A stretch of 64,000 nucleotides of DNA from an uncultured virus (IMG/VR IMGVR_UViG_3300032116_000135) (lineage: Duplodnaviria; Heunggongvirae; Uroviricota; Caudoviricetes). The position numbers and the translations under genes are program-made. Shown here piece after piece: positions 39,343-49,279 of the stretch. Positions within the stretch are counted from its first letter, which is position 1, and the number at the start of each line of letters is the position of its first letter. Under the pieces are notes generated by a model that was not told the origin of the DNA, made no database searches, and was given only the letters and a program-made list of their open reading frames with translations. The stretch is taken from IMG/VR virus record IMGVR_UViG_3300032116_000135. One strand, 5' to 3'.

Positions 39343-39374
39343 TTTGACAAACCCACGGCTGACACTTACTATTG
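39343..39374 (+). promoter_or_regulatory. Host-RNAP-type promoter of the SSB gene
   Basis: TTGACA-17nt-TACTAT; also TTTG-20nt-TACTATTG (one mismatch to Bacteroidota TAnnTTTG). Confidence 0.65.
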
Positions 39375-39409
39375 TGTATAATATTTCTTAACTTAAAATT
39401 TATTAAAAC

Positions 39410-40258
39410 ATGGCGACAAATCCATTAGATGCTATTTTAGCACAGTACGAACAATCACAAAAATCTGGTAGTAATACCAACAAAATGTCTCAAGATGAAA
39501 GAATGAAGAAATACTTCGCAGCTCTTCTTAAAGACAATGAAAAACAAGGACAAAAAAGACTTAGAATTCTACCAACTAATGATGGAAGTTCCCCCTTTAA
39601 AGAGGTGTGGTTTCACGAAATCCAAGTTGATGGTAAATGGCAAAAATTCTACGATCCAGGTAAGAACTCTAATGAACGTTCACCTTTGAGTGAAGTTTAT
39701 GAAGAACTTATGGCGACTGGAAGAGAATCCGATAAAGAACTCGCAAAACAATATAAACCAAGAAAATTTTACATCGTTAAGGTTATTGATCGTGATAACG
39801 AACAAGACGGTGTAAAATTTTGGAGGTTCAAACACAACTACAAGAACGAGGGTATATTGGACAAAATAATTCCAATCTTCCGAGCTAAAGGTGATGTTAC
39901 CGATTCTCAAAAAGGTAGAGACATTATCCTTGAAATGACTAAAGCAAAAACTCCAAAAGGTGGATTCTATACAATTATACAAACTGTTATGTATGATGAT
40001 CCATCACCTCTACATGATAATGATGAAACATCAAAATCATGGATTAATGATGAATTAACTTGGGAAGATGTTTATTCTAAAAAACCTGTAGAATATTTGG
40101 AAGCAATTGCAAAAGGTGAAACGCCAAAATGGGATAGTGAAAAAGGTGGTTATACTTACGGTGATTCATCAACTGGTGAAGTTTCTATTGGTGGTAAATC
40201 AACAACCTATAGTGACCCTCAAGAAGATTTTGATGCTGACGGAGACCTTCCATTTTAA
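39410..40258 (+). CDS. Single-stranded DNA-binding protein (T4 gp32-like)
   Basis: LRILP...PFKEVWFH, FYIVKVIDRD...GVKFWRF, GRDIIL, acidic tail DFDADGDLPF. Confidence 0.85.
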   Translation: MATNPLDAILAQYEQSQKSGSNTNKMSQDERMKKYFAALLKDNEKQGQKRLRILPTNDGSSPFKEVWFHEIQVDGKWQKFYDPGKNSNERSPLSEVYEELMATGRESDKELAKQYKPRKFYIVKVIDRDNEQDGVKFWRFKHNYKNEGILDKIIPIFRAKGDVTDSQKGRDIILEMTKAKTPKGGFYTIIQTVMYDDPSPLHDNDETSKSWINDELTWEDVYSKKPVEYLEAIAKGETPKWDSEKGGYTYGDSSTGEVSIGGKSTTYSDPQEDFDADGDLPF

Positions 40259-40275
40259 AAATATTTTCTAATCTC

Positions 40276-40306
40276 GAACCCCATTTAATAGGTGGGGTTC
40301 ATTTTT
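40276..40306 (+). terminator. Hairpin/intrinsic terminator after the SSB gene
   Basis: GAACCCCAT...GTGGGGTTC stem then ATTTTT. Confidence 0.75.
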
Positions 40307-40326
40307 AAATTCACTAAAAATTTTAA

Positions 40327-41091
40327 ATGAATCACCCTTTCATTTCATGTAAATGTATAACTTATGGTAGAGTAAGTTTGTTAGAGGAAAGTTTATACTC
40401 TTTTTTAAATCAAAACTATGATGGAAAAAAAGAAATGATTATAGTTAATGACTACCCATTACAAACATTAAAATTCGATCACCCTGACGTTAAGATTTAT
40501 AATCTGAGTGAAACATTTCAAACTATTGGTGAAAAAGAAAATTATGCAGTTTCGTTATGTTCTGGTGAAATTATTGCGGTTTGGGATGATGACGATATTG
40601 CATTACCAAATCACCTATCAAACGTTTCAAAATATTTTATTAAAGATACCGATTTACTTCATTGGCAAAAAGGAGTATTTTATAACGAACCAAATATTAC
40701 TGCAATAACAAGTTTGGGAAATTCGGGTATTGTATATAGTAAACAAATTTGGGAGAAGGTAGGTAAACACCCAATAGAGAATGCCGGATATGATGCAACA
40801 TTTGTTCATAACATTATGAGAATGTCTAACAAAATTGTTAAAGCGTCACCACCTGACAATGAAGTATCGTGGTTTTACATGTGGGGAGGAAGAGATTATC
40901 ATATGAGTGGGATGGGAACTGATTCACCAGAAAGACCTAATGTCATTGTAAGACATTCACAATATATTGAAAATGAAAGAAGGAAAGGTAAAATACCAAC
41001 AGGTGAAATAGAATTAAAACCAAAATGGAAAAAAGATTATCAAAAATTATTAAACGATTATAACAATGGCAATAAAGAAAAAAGAAATTAG
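40327..41091 (+). CDS. Glycosyltransferase family 2-like
   Basis: ISCKCITYGR, SFLNQNY, EMIIVND, GEIIAVWDDDD. Confidence 0.85.
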   Translation: MNHPFISCKCITYGRVSLLEESLYSFLNQNYDGKKEMIIVNDYPLQTLKFDHPDVKIYNLSETFQTIGEKENYAVSLCSGEIIAVWDDDDIALPNHLSNVSKYFIKDTDLLHWQKGVFYNEPNITAITSLGNSGIVYSKQIWEKVGKHPIENAGYDATFVHNIMRMSNKIVKASPPDNEVSWFYMWGGRDYHMSGMGTDSPERPNVIVRHSQYIENERRKGKIPTGEIELKPKWKKDYQKLLNDYNNGNKEKRN

Positions 41092-42067
41092 TTTGGATTC
41101 TATTAAGTCCAAATTTTCAACAAAAACAAAATATAAGACGGAAAGTTTCTACAATTGTGGAGAATCGTTCATGGATGCTTGTGGATTACCAGGACCTGTT
41201 ATGGGTGGGATTAACATCTTTTTAGGGCATACGAATACTTCGAAAACTACTGCAATGATTTTAGCTGCGGCTGATGCACAAAAAAGAGGACATCTTCCTG
41301 TGTTTATTATTACCGAAAAAAAGTGGAATTGGCCACACGCAGTTGAATTAGGATTAGAAGCTGAACAAACAGAAGATGGAACATGGGATGGGGACTTTAT
41401 ATTCAACGATAGTTTTGATTATATTGAACAAGCTACTGAATATATAAATAATTTGTTAGACGCTCAAGAAAAAGGTGAGTTACCTTATAACTTACTTATT
41501 TTATGGGATAGTGTTGGTTCATTACCATGTCAAATGACTTTTGAAGGTAAAGGTGGAAAAATGCACAATGCGGCGGCTTTAGCTGATAAGGTTGGAATGG
41601 GTATTCATTCAAGAATTACGAAATCAAAGAAAGAAGATTATCCGTATTATAATACTATGGTTGTAATCAACCAACCTTGGGTTCAATTACCCTCAAATCC
41701 TTTTGGACAACCAAAAATTAAAGCTAAAGGTGGTGAAGCTTTATGGCTAGCAGCATCATTAGTATTTCTTTTTGGTAATGAAGTGGATAATGGTATTAAC
41801 CACATTACAGCAACGAAAAATGGAAGAACAGTTTCTTACGCTGTTAGAACTAAAATTTCTATACTTAAAAATCATGTAAATGGTATTGCTTACAAAGATG
41901 GTAAAATCATAGCAGTACCACAAGGTTATATATCCGATACAAAGGAAGCGTTGGAGAAATACAAAAAAGAATATTCACAATATTGGAACGCAATATTGAG
42001 TGGAACTGGTGAGATTACTTTAGATGAGACTGTATCTGAAATCAATGATATTTCTTATGAAGATTAA
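41066..42067 (+). CDS. uvsX: RecA/UvsX-like recombinase
   Basis: Walker A variant GHTNTSKTT, Walker B LLILWDSVG, VVINQ, KGGEAL, KNHV. Confidence 0.85.
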   Translation: MAIKKKEISLDSIKSKFSTKTKYKTESFYNCGESFMDACGLPGPVMGGINIFLGHTNTSKTTAMILAAADAQKRGHLPVFIITEKKWNWPHAVELGLEAEQTEDGTWDGDFIFNDSFDYIEQATEYINNLLDAQEKGELPYNLLILWDSVGSLPCQMTFEGKGGKMHNAAALADKVGMGIHSRITKSKKEDYPYYNTMVVINQPWVQLPSNPFGQPKIKAKGGEALWLAASLVFLFGNEVDNGINHITATKNGRTVSYAVRTKISILKNHVNGIAYKDGKIIAVPQGYISDTKEALEKYKKEYSQYWNAILSGTGEITLDETVSEINDISYED

Positions 42068-42078
42068 AAAATTTATAT

Positions 42079-42086
42079 TACATTTG
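42079..42086 (+). promoter_or_regulatory. Bacteroidota-type -7 box TACATTTG
   Basis: Exact TAnnTTTG match 14 nt upstream of the methyltransferase ATG. Confidence 0.45.
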
Positions 42087-42100
42087 TAAAAAAAACGCAC

Positions 42101-42940
42101 ATGCTTTCTTATATCGGTGGCAAATCAAAAATCGGAAAATGGATTGTACCATTCATTCCAAAAGACACAGAAACGTATGTAGAACCTTTCTCAGGAATGT
42201 ATTGGGTATTCTTCAACATGGATTTGAAAGAATACCCAAACCTGAAGAATGTTGTCTATAACGACTTCAACCCTTTAAATTATAACTTATTTAAATGTAT
42301 TCAGAACCCATCTGAACTATTGAAACATATTGAATCAATACCTTGTCAACAGTTTGGCGTTAGTGACACCCCACAAGTATTTAAAGAACAATTCAACCTG
42401 TTCCAATCTGAAATATTCAATGAAGGTTTTAAAGTCGAAACACCTGATTATTCAACAGCAGCAAAATATGTCTATGTGTTGACGCAAGTATTCAGTGGTT
42501 CTAAACCTGAAACAAGTTCATTCATTGATTTGAAAGGTAAGTATAAATCAAAGTATCTTACATTCAGAGATAAGTTGAGTAAACCTGATTGGGTTGAACA
42601 CTTCTTGAAAATCACCAATGTTGAGAATATGGACTTTGCTGATGTTATCAATAAATACGATTCTCCAAAGACTTATTTCTACACTGACCCTCCTTATTGG
42701 AAAACTGAGAATTATTACTCTAATCACGATTTTGACAGAAATGACCACGAGAGATTGGCAAATGTTTTAAAAGAAATGGAAGGTAAATTCAGTCTATCTT
42801 ATTATGACTTTGATTTACTTAGTCAATGGTTTCCTAAAGATGAATACAAATGGGAATCAAAAGAATTCGCCAAAGCGGCTGCGGCTAAAAAGGGTAAAGA
42901 ACAAACGAAAGGAACAGAATTGTTAATCATGAATTATTAA
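42101..42940 (+). CDS. dam: DNA adenine methyltransferase (D12/Dam-like class)
   Basis: YIGGKS, YVEPFSG, YNDFN, catalytic DPPY, ELLIMNY. Confidence 0.9.
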   Translation: MLSYIGGKSKIGKWIVPFIPKDTETYVEPFSGMYWVFFNMDLKEYPNLKNVVYNDFNPLNYNLFKCIQNPSELLKHIESIPCQQFGVSDTPQVFKEQFNLFQSEIFNEGFKVETPDYSTAAKYVYVLTQVFSGSKPETSSFIDLKGKYKSKYLTFRDKLSKPDWVEHFLKITNVENMDFADVINKYDSPKTYFYTDPPYWKTENYYSNHDFDRNDHERLANVLKEMEGKFSLSYYDFDLLSQWFPKDEYKWESKEFAKAAAAKKGKEQTKGTELLIMNY

Positions 42941-42944
42941 TTAA

Positions 42945-43952
42945 ATGAATAAAACGTTAATAATTGACGCAAACAACCTCCTTAAAATAGGCTTCCATGG
43001 TGTAAAAGATTATTACCACAACGGAAAACATATTGGTGGGATATGGCATTTCTTGAATACAATTAGACGATTTATTGAGGAACAAAACTTTGATAAGGTA
43101 ATTGTTTTTTGGGATGGTGAGGGTAACTCATCCGCAAGAAAATTAATCTATCCACAATATAAAGAAAATCGTAACAAAGTACCTGACGAACCGAAGGACG
43201 AATCTTTCAGTTACCAAAAACAAAGAGTCAAACAATATTTGGAAGAAATGTTTGTAAGACAAGTTGATATTGGAAATAATGAAGCTGATGATTTGATTGC
43301 TCATTATTGTCATATAGCGACTAATGAGAAAATAACCATATTCTCAGGTGATATGGACTTGACACAACTTATATCGGACAATGTATCGATATACTCACCA
43401 AGGATAAAACAAACGTATAAAAAGGGTGATAGAATCAAGGTACAAGAATACTGGGTACCTCATTACAATATTAAAACCTATAAAGTTTTGGCGGGTGATA
43501 AATCAGATAATATTGATGGAATATATTATTTAGGTGATAAAACCTTATTTAAATTATTTCCGGAGTTATTGGAGGATGAAATTAGTGTTGAACAAGTTTT
43601 GAATAAGGCTGAAGAATTATTAAAAGAAGATAAAAACAATTCCGTTCTCAAAAACCTTTTATCAGGTAAAACAAAAAGTGGAATTTATGGACAGGAATAT
43701 TTTGAAATTAATGAAAAAATTGTTAATCTTGATAACCCCTTGATTAGTAATGAGGGAAAAGAGATTGTAGAATTATATTACAAAGAAACTTTAGACCCTG
43801 AAGGTAGAGGACATAGAAACCTAATAAAAATGATGATGGAAGATGGTTTCTTTAAATTTTTACCGAAAGGTGATGACGCTTGGGTTAACTTTGTAAAACC
43901 ATTTTTAAAACTAACACGAAAAGAGAAAAAAAATTTTAAAACTAAAAATTAA
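42945..43952 (+). CDS. RNase H / 5'-3' exonuclease (FEN/T4 Rnh-like)
   Basis: LIIDANN, FWDG, YKENR, EADDLIA, SGDMDLTQL, GDKSDNIDGI. Confidence 0.9.
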   Translation: MNKTLIIDANNLLKIGFHGVKDYYHNGKHIGGIWHFLNTIRRFIEEQNFDKVIVFWDGEGNSSARKLIYPQYKENRNKVPDEPKDESFSYQKQRVKQYLEEMFVRQVDIGNNEADDLIAHYCHIATNEKITIFSGDMDLTQLISDNVSIYSPRIKQTYKKGDRIKVQEYWVPHYNIKTYKVLAGDKSDNIDGIYYLGDKTLFKLFPELLEDEISVEQVLNKAEELLKEDKNNSVLKNLLSGKTKSGIYGQEYFEINEKIVNLDNPLISNEGKEIVELYYKETLDPEGRGHRNLIKMMMEDGFFKFLPKGDDAWVNFVKPFLKLTRKEKKNFKTKN

Positions 43953-43957
43953 AAAAA

Positions 43958-44413
43958 ATGAGAGAGCAACACGATTTAATGAAACTTGAGTTTCTTATGA
44001 TGGTAAACGATAATATTATCGTTCAAAGATTTTTCAATGTAAGAGATTATAACCCCAAAGCCAAAAATTCTGTTGAATTGTTGGAGTATATGAATGGGTT
44101 GGTTTCAGACATTCAGTATTCACTTAAAATGAAGTCAGTGTCGTATTTGTTGGAGAATCAGTATGAGATAACAAATAACCCTTCAATCTTGAATACGTCT
44201 TTTATAGACGGTCCTGAGTACTTTAACATTTTCATAAAACAAAATGACAAGACAATTTGTCATAGACAAATTGATGCAAAATTGTACCCACCTAAAATAA
44301 GATACACCGTAGACATACGCCAGCAAATAAAAAATGTACTTTACGATCTTACTGACATTTTTTCAGATAAAGATTTAACATTTGAATATTTGGGATATAG
44401 CACTTTAGTATAA
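43958..44413 (+). CDS. Hypothetical protein in the replication cluster
   Basis: 151 aa ORF tightly packed between the nuclease and helicase genes. Confidence 0.7.
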   Translation: MREQHDLMKLEFLMMVNDNIIVQRFFNVRDYNPKAKNSVELLEYMNGLVSDIQYSLKMKSVSYLLENQYEITNNPSILNTSFIDGPEYFNIFIKQNDKTICHRQIDAKLYPPKIRYTVDIRQQIKNVLYDLTDIFSDKDLTFEYLGYSTLV

Positions 44414-44440
44414 TATTTATCTAAAACTCACCTAAAATTT

Positions 44441-45817
44441 ATGACTAATAATAAAAATTTTGATTACTTAGGAAGTTCATTTCAGATACAACTACTTAAT
44501 CAAATAATTCTAGATAGTAATTTTTCAAGGTCGATTGTTGATGTTATAGAACCAAACTATTTCGAAAACAAGTACTTTAAACTCATCATACAGATGATTA
44601 AAGAATACAATCAAAAGTGGGACAGTGTTCCCACTTTTGATACCTTAGAGCAAATCGCTAAATCGGAATTCCAACAAGAAAATGTTGTTAAGGTTGTTAT
44701 TGATACAATTAAAAAAATCAAAGAAGCTCAATTGTCTGGTGGTGAGTTTGTTCAAGAAAAGGCACTTAAATTCTGTAAACAACAAGAATTACAGAAAGCC
44801 ATTACCAAGGCTCAGAAAGTAATTGATGGGGGTGAATTTGAAAACTATGACACCCTTGAAGAAATGATTAGAGAAGCTCTACAAGTAGGTGTTAGAGATG
44901 ATGGGATGTTAAATGTATTCTCCAATTTGGATGATGTATTGAATGAAGATTTCAGACATCCAATTCCAATGGGTATCCCCGGTATTGATAAATTATTGAA
45001 AGGTGGTTTAGCTAAAGGGGAAATTGGTGTGGTACTTGCACCAACAGGTGTTGGTAAATCAACATTCCTAACAAAAATAGCAAACCATGGTTTTAATTTG
45101 GGATATAATGTTCTACAAATATTTTTTGAGGATAATCCCAAGGTTATTCAAAGAAAACATTTTACCTTGTGGACTAAAGTTCACCCTGATGATATGTCAA
45201 ACAAAAAGGATGAAGTTATCAAAAAGGTTAGACATATTGAAAATACCATGGAAAACCAACTTATCTTGGAAAAACTTCCATCTGATACAATGACAATGAG
45301 TCAAATCAAAAATCTTGTTAGAAAGAAGATTGCTGAGGGTGTTAAAATTGATATGATATTATTGGATTATATTGATTGTGTTGTGCCTGAGAAGAACTTG
45401 GGTGACGAATGGAAATCAGAAGGTTCAGTTATGAGAGCATTTGAGGCAATGTGTCATGAATTGAGTTTGGCGGGATGGACGGCAACTCAAGGTAACAGAA
45501 GTTCAATATCATCTGAGGTGGTAACAACGGATCAAATGGGTGGTTCTATTAAGAAGGCTCAAGTTGGACATGTTATCATATCAGTCGCTAAAACATTACA
45601 ACAGAAAGAGATGAAATTAGCAACTATAGCTATAACAAAATCAAGGATTGGTGATGATGGTATTATCTTCGAAAATTGTAAGTTTGATAATGGTATGTTG
45701 GACATTGATACAGAATCATCGGTTACTTTCTTAGGACATGAAGAACAAAAAGAAGAAAACAATAGACAGAGAATTAAAGATTTATTAGAAAAAAGAAAAC
45801 AAAAACAAGGTATTTAA
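44441..45817 (+). CDS. Replicative DnaB-family helicase (T4 gp41-like)
   Basis: APTGVGKST, LLDYID, WTATQGNR, KSRIG. Confidence 0.92.
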   Translation: MTNNKNFDYLGSSFQIQLLNQIILDSNFSRSIVDVIEPNYFENKYFKLIIQMIKEYNQKWDSVPTFDTLEQIAKSEFQQENVVKVVIDTIKKIKEAQLSGGEFVQEKALKFCKQQELQKAITKAQKVIDGGEFENYDTLEEMIREALQVGVRDDGMLNVFSNLDDVLNEDFRHPIPMGIPGIDKLLKGGLAKGEIGVVLAPTGVGKSTFLTKIANHGFNLGYNVLQIFFEDNPKVIQRKHFTLWTKVHPDDMSNKKDEVIKKVRHIENTMENQLILEKLPSDTMTMSQIKNLVRKKIAEGVKIDMILLDYIDCVVPEKNLGDEWKSEGSVMRAFEAMCHELSLAGWTATQGNRSSISSEVVTTDQMGGSIKKAQVGHVIISVAKTLQQKEMKLATIAITKSRIGDDGIIFENCKFDNGMLDIDTESSVTFLGHEEQKEENNRQRIKDLLEKRKQKQGI

Positions 45818-45820
45818 ATT

Positions 45821-46771
45821 ATGACTGAAAAAATATTAACAGAAAATCCAAATCGTTTTGTGATTTTCCCCATCCAATACAATGACATTTGGGAATACTA
45901 TAAACAACATCAGGCGGCTTTTTGGACGGCTGAAGAGGTTGACTTGACAGGTGACATCAGAGAGTGGCAGAACTTGTCTGAGAACGAACAATACTTCATC
46001 AAGAACATATTGTCATTCTTCGCAGCATCTGATGGTATTGTCAATGAGAACTTGGCTGAGAACTTCTACCGTGAAGTACAATACCCTGAAGCAAAATTTT
46101 TCTATGGATTTCAATTAATGATGGAAAATATCCATTCTTTAATGTATTCTTTATTAATTGATACTTATATATCCAGTCCAAAGGAAAAGGACGAATGTTT
46201 CAATGCGATTGATAGATTACCTGCGGTTCAGAAAAAAGCCAAATGGGCTTTGGATTGGATTGAAAAAGCGTCCTTCCAAGAAAGATTGGTAGCGTTTGCT
46301 GCGGTTGAGGGGATATTCTTTTCAGGGTCATTTTGTTCAATATTTTGGTTGAAATCAAGGGGGGTTATGCAAGGTCTTTGTAATGCTAATTCATTGATTT
46401 TCAAAGATGAAAACCTACATTGTGATTTTGCAATTCACTTGTTGAACAACCACGTTGAGAACAAACCAAGTGAAAAAAGAATAAAGGAAATATTATTGTC
46501 AGCTTTGGAAATTGAAAAAGAGTTTATCACAGAATCACTACCAGTGTCATTAATCGGAATGAATTCCAATTTAATGAAACAATACTTGGAATTTGTTGTT
46601 GATGGTTTGTTGGTTAAATTTGGATGTAGTAAACAATTTAATGTTGAACAACCATTCAAGTTTATGGAACAAATTGCAATTGAAACCAAAGGTAACTTCT
46701 TCGAATCAAGAACTATGGAGTATCAAAAAGCAAAACTTAACGAAACTATTTCATTCACAGACGATTTTTAA
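45821..46771 (+). CDS. nrdB: Ribonucleotide reductase class Ia beta subunit
   Basis: [45 protein letters not shown]. Confidence 0.97.
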   Translation: MTEKILTENPNRFVIFPIQYNDIWEYYKQHQAAFWTAEEVDLTGDIREWQNLSENEQYFIKNILSFFAASDGIVNENLAENFYREVQYPEAKFFYGFQLMMENIHSLMYSLLIDTYISSPKEKDECFNAIDRLPAVQKKAKWALDWIEKASFQERLVAFAAVEGIFFSGSFCSIFWLKSRGVMQGLCNANSLIFKDENLHCDFAIHLLNNHVENKPSEKRIKEILLSALEIEKEFITESLPVSLIGMNSNLMKQYLEFVVDGLLVKFGCSKQFNVEQPFKFMEQIAIETKGNFFESRTMEYQKAKLNETISFTDDF

Positions 46772-46780
46772 AAATTAATT

Positions 46781-49198
46781 ATGTCATTAAGAATTCAAAA
46801 AAGAGATGGGGAGGTTGTCGCCTTTAACCCCACCAAAATACAAACAAGAATTAAACGAGCAAGTAAAACCCTAAATGTTAATTCAGATCAGATATTCATT
46901 AAGGTAATCACATCAGTTCCAACTGAGGGTATAATCTCAACAAAACAATTGGATAAGTTGATTTATGAGATTGCTGCGTCATATACTGGAAGTCATCACG
47001 ATTATTCAAGGTTGGCTTCCTCTGTTGCAATATCCTCATATCACAAAGAAACCAATGAAAGTTTTAGTCAAACAATGAAATCATTGGCTAGTGTTGGAAT
47101 TGTTAATGAAGAGTTAATAAATACAATTAACCAATATGGTGAATCAAACATTGATGAGGTTATTAATCACGATAATGATTATAACTTTGATTACTTTGCT
47201 TGGCGTTCATTGTATGAAATGTATTTGTTGAAAACTCCTGAAGGTGTTACAGTTGAAAGACCCCAACATATGTATATGAGGGTTGCTTTATGGGTAACAA
47301 AATCATTTGATGATGCTATTGAATACTACAAATCTTTATCAAATCAACTTATATCTCCGGCAACCCCAATCATGATTAATTCGGGAACAAAGATTCCACA
47401 ATTAGCGTCATGTGTATTACACTACAATGATGATGATAGTAGAGAAGGTTTATTGAATACAATGACTGACATATCAACATACTCAGCGGATGCCGCGGGT
47501 ATCGGACTTTGTATGTCAAATATTCGTAGTAAAGAAAGTAGATTGAGTACATCTGGTGGATATGCTGGTGGATTGTTAAAATATCTTAAAATTGTTAATG
47601 AATCGTTAAGATTTTTTAATCAACAAGGAAGAAGACCAGGTTCTGCTGCAATATACTTAGAACCTTGGCATAAAGACATATTTGACTTGTTGGACATCAA
47701 AAAGAATACTGGTGCTGAAGAACTAAGAGCTAGGGATTTATTCACTGCATTATGGATTCCTGACAACTTTATGAGAGCGGTGAAGGAAGATAGTGATTGG
47801 TATTTATTTTGTCCCAACGACATCAAGAAATCAGGATTACCTGCGTTGCAAGAAGTGTATGGGGATGAATATGAACATGTCTATAACAAAGCGGTTGAAT
47901 TAGGTATTGGTAAAAAAGTTAGAGCACAAGATGTGTGGACTAAGGTAATTGAGGCTCAAATTGAGACTGGTGTTCCTTATCTATGTTCTAAAGATAATGC
48001 AAACAAAAAGACAAACCATCAAAACATTGGGGTGATTAGACAATCGAACCTTTGTAATGAAATCTATCAATATACGGATGAGAAAACAACGGCAATCTGT
48101 ACATTATCTTCAATGGTATTAAAGAACTTTGTTAAAGATGGTACATTTGATTTTGAATTGTTATATAGAGAAACAAGAAAGGTTGTTAGAGCGTTGAACA
48201 AGGTTATTGATATTAATAACTACTCAACATCAAAAGGTGAAAAGGGTGGAAGAGAACAAAGATCAATTGCGATTGGAACACAAGGATTAGCGGATGTATT
48301 CTATCTAATGGATTATGAATTTACATCACCTGAGGCAAAACAACTTAATAAAGATATCTTTGAAACAATTTATTATGCTGCGATTAAAGAGAGTAATAAA
48401 TTAGTTAAAAGTGGTGAATACAAAGCGTATGATTTCTTTGTAGGGTCACCAATGTCAAAAGGTACATTCCAATTTGATATGTGGGGATTGACAGAGGATA
48501 ACTTATCAGGTAGATGGCCGTGGTTACTATTAAAAGATAGTGTAATCAAATATGGTGTATGTAATTCATTGTTTACAGCTCAGATGCCAGTTGCAAGTTC
48601 CGCCAAGATTACAGGTTCATATGAGATGACTGAACCTGCCCATTCCGCAATATTCAATAGACGTGTAGTTGGTGGTGAGATTACGATTGTTAACAAGTAT
48701 CTAATTGCTGACTTTGAGAAACTTGGAATATGGGGTGAAGATTTGAAAAATGAAATTATATATAACGAAGGTTCGATACAAAATATTAACTTCAATAACC
48801 ACCTTGATCCGGAAGATAAAAAGTACAATCAAAAAGTTAAAAGAATTGAACACTTGATTAAGAAGTACAAAACAATATGGGAGATATCACAGAGGGAATT
48901 GATTGATATGGCGGCAGATAGAGGTCCATTTATTGACCAATCACAATCAATGAATATCTATATGGGTAATCCCACCTTAACAAAAATAACATCATCACAT
49001 TTCCACGCTTGGCAGAAAGGATTGAAGACATTATGTTATTATATTAGAACTAAGGCAATATCAACTGGTGCCAAACATTTGGCTATGGACATATCTAAGA
49101 TGGACAAACCAAGGACAACACCAACATTACCTCACGTTGATCAAATAAAGACAAAACCTGACGATTCACCATTCGATTGTTTCGGTTGTTCATCGTAA
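46781..49198 (+). CDS. nrdA: Ribonucleotide reductase class Ia alpha subunit with ATP cone
   Basis: KRDG ATP-cone start, ERPQH, QLASC, SNLCNEI, LKTLCYY, C-terminal CFGC. Confidence 0.97.
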   Translation: MSLRIQKRDGEVVAFNPTKIQTRIKRASKTLNVNSDQIFIKVITSVPTEGIISTKQLDKLIYEIAASYTGSHHDYSRLASSVAISSYHKETNESFSQTMKSLASVGIVNEELINTINQYGESNIDEVINHDNDYNFDYFAWRSLYEMYLLKTPEGVTVERPQHMYMRVALWVTKSFDDAIEYYKSLSNQLISPATPIMINSGTKIPQLASCVLHYNDDDSREGLLNTMTDISTYSADAAGIGLCMSNIRSKESRLSTSGGYAGGLLKYLKIVNESLRFFNQQGRRPGSAAIYLEPWHKDIFDLLDIKKNTGAEELRARDLFTALWIPDNFMRAVKEDSDWYLFCPNDIKKSGLPALQEVYGDEYEHVYNKAVELGIGKKVRAQDVWTKVIEAQIETGVPYLCSKDNANKKTNHQNIGVIRQSNLCNEIYQYTDEKTTAICTLSSMVLKNFVKDGTFDFELLYRETRKVVRALNKVIDINNYSTSKGEKGGREQRSIAIGTQGLADVFYLMDYEFTSPEAKQLNKDIFETIYYAAIKESNKLVKSGEYKAYDFFVGSPMSKGTFQFDMWGLTEDNLSGRWPWLLLKDSVIKYGVCNSLFTAQMPVASSAKITGSYEMTEPAHSAIFNRRVVGGEITIVNKYLIADFEKLGIWGEDLKNEIIYNEGSIQNINFNNHLDPEDKKYNQKVKRIEHLIKKYKTIWEISQRELIDMAADRGPFIDQSQSMNIYMGNPTLTKITSSHFHAWQKGLKTLCYYIRTKAISTGAKHLAMDISKMDKPRTTPTLPHVDQIKTKPDDSPFDCFGCSS

Positions 49199-49206
49199 AA
49201 AATAAG

Positions 49207-49233
49207 AATCACGACATTATGTCGTGATTTTTT
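49207..49233 (+). terminator. Intrinsic terminator after nrdA
   Basis: Perfect AATCACGACA-TTA-TGTCGTGATT stem followed by a T run. Confidence 0.85.
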
Positions 49234-49279
49234 GTTTTATGGTATTTATAGAAATAATTCAAACATTATATTTATCAAT

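Noticed and set aside
6653..49198. Inteins or group I introns in polB, helicase, uvsX or nrdAB
   Set aside because: All are uninterrupted, of normal length, and lack intein splice-junction or LAGLIDADG motifs.
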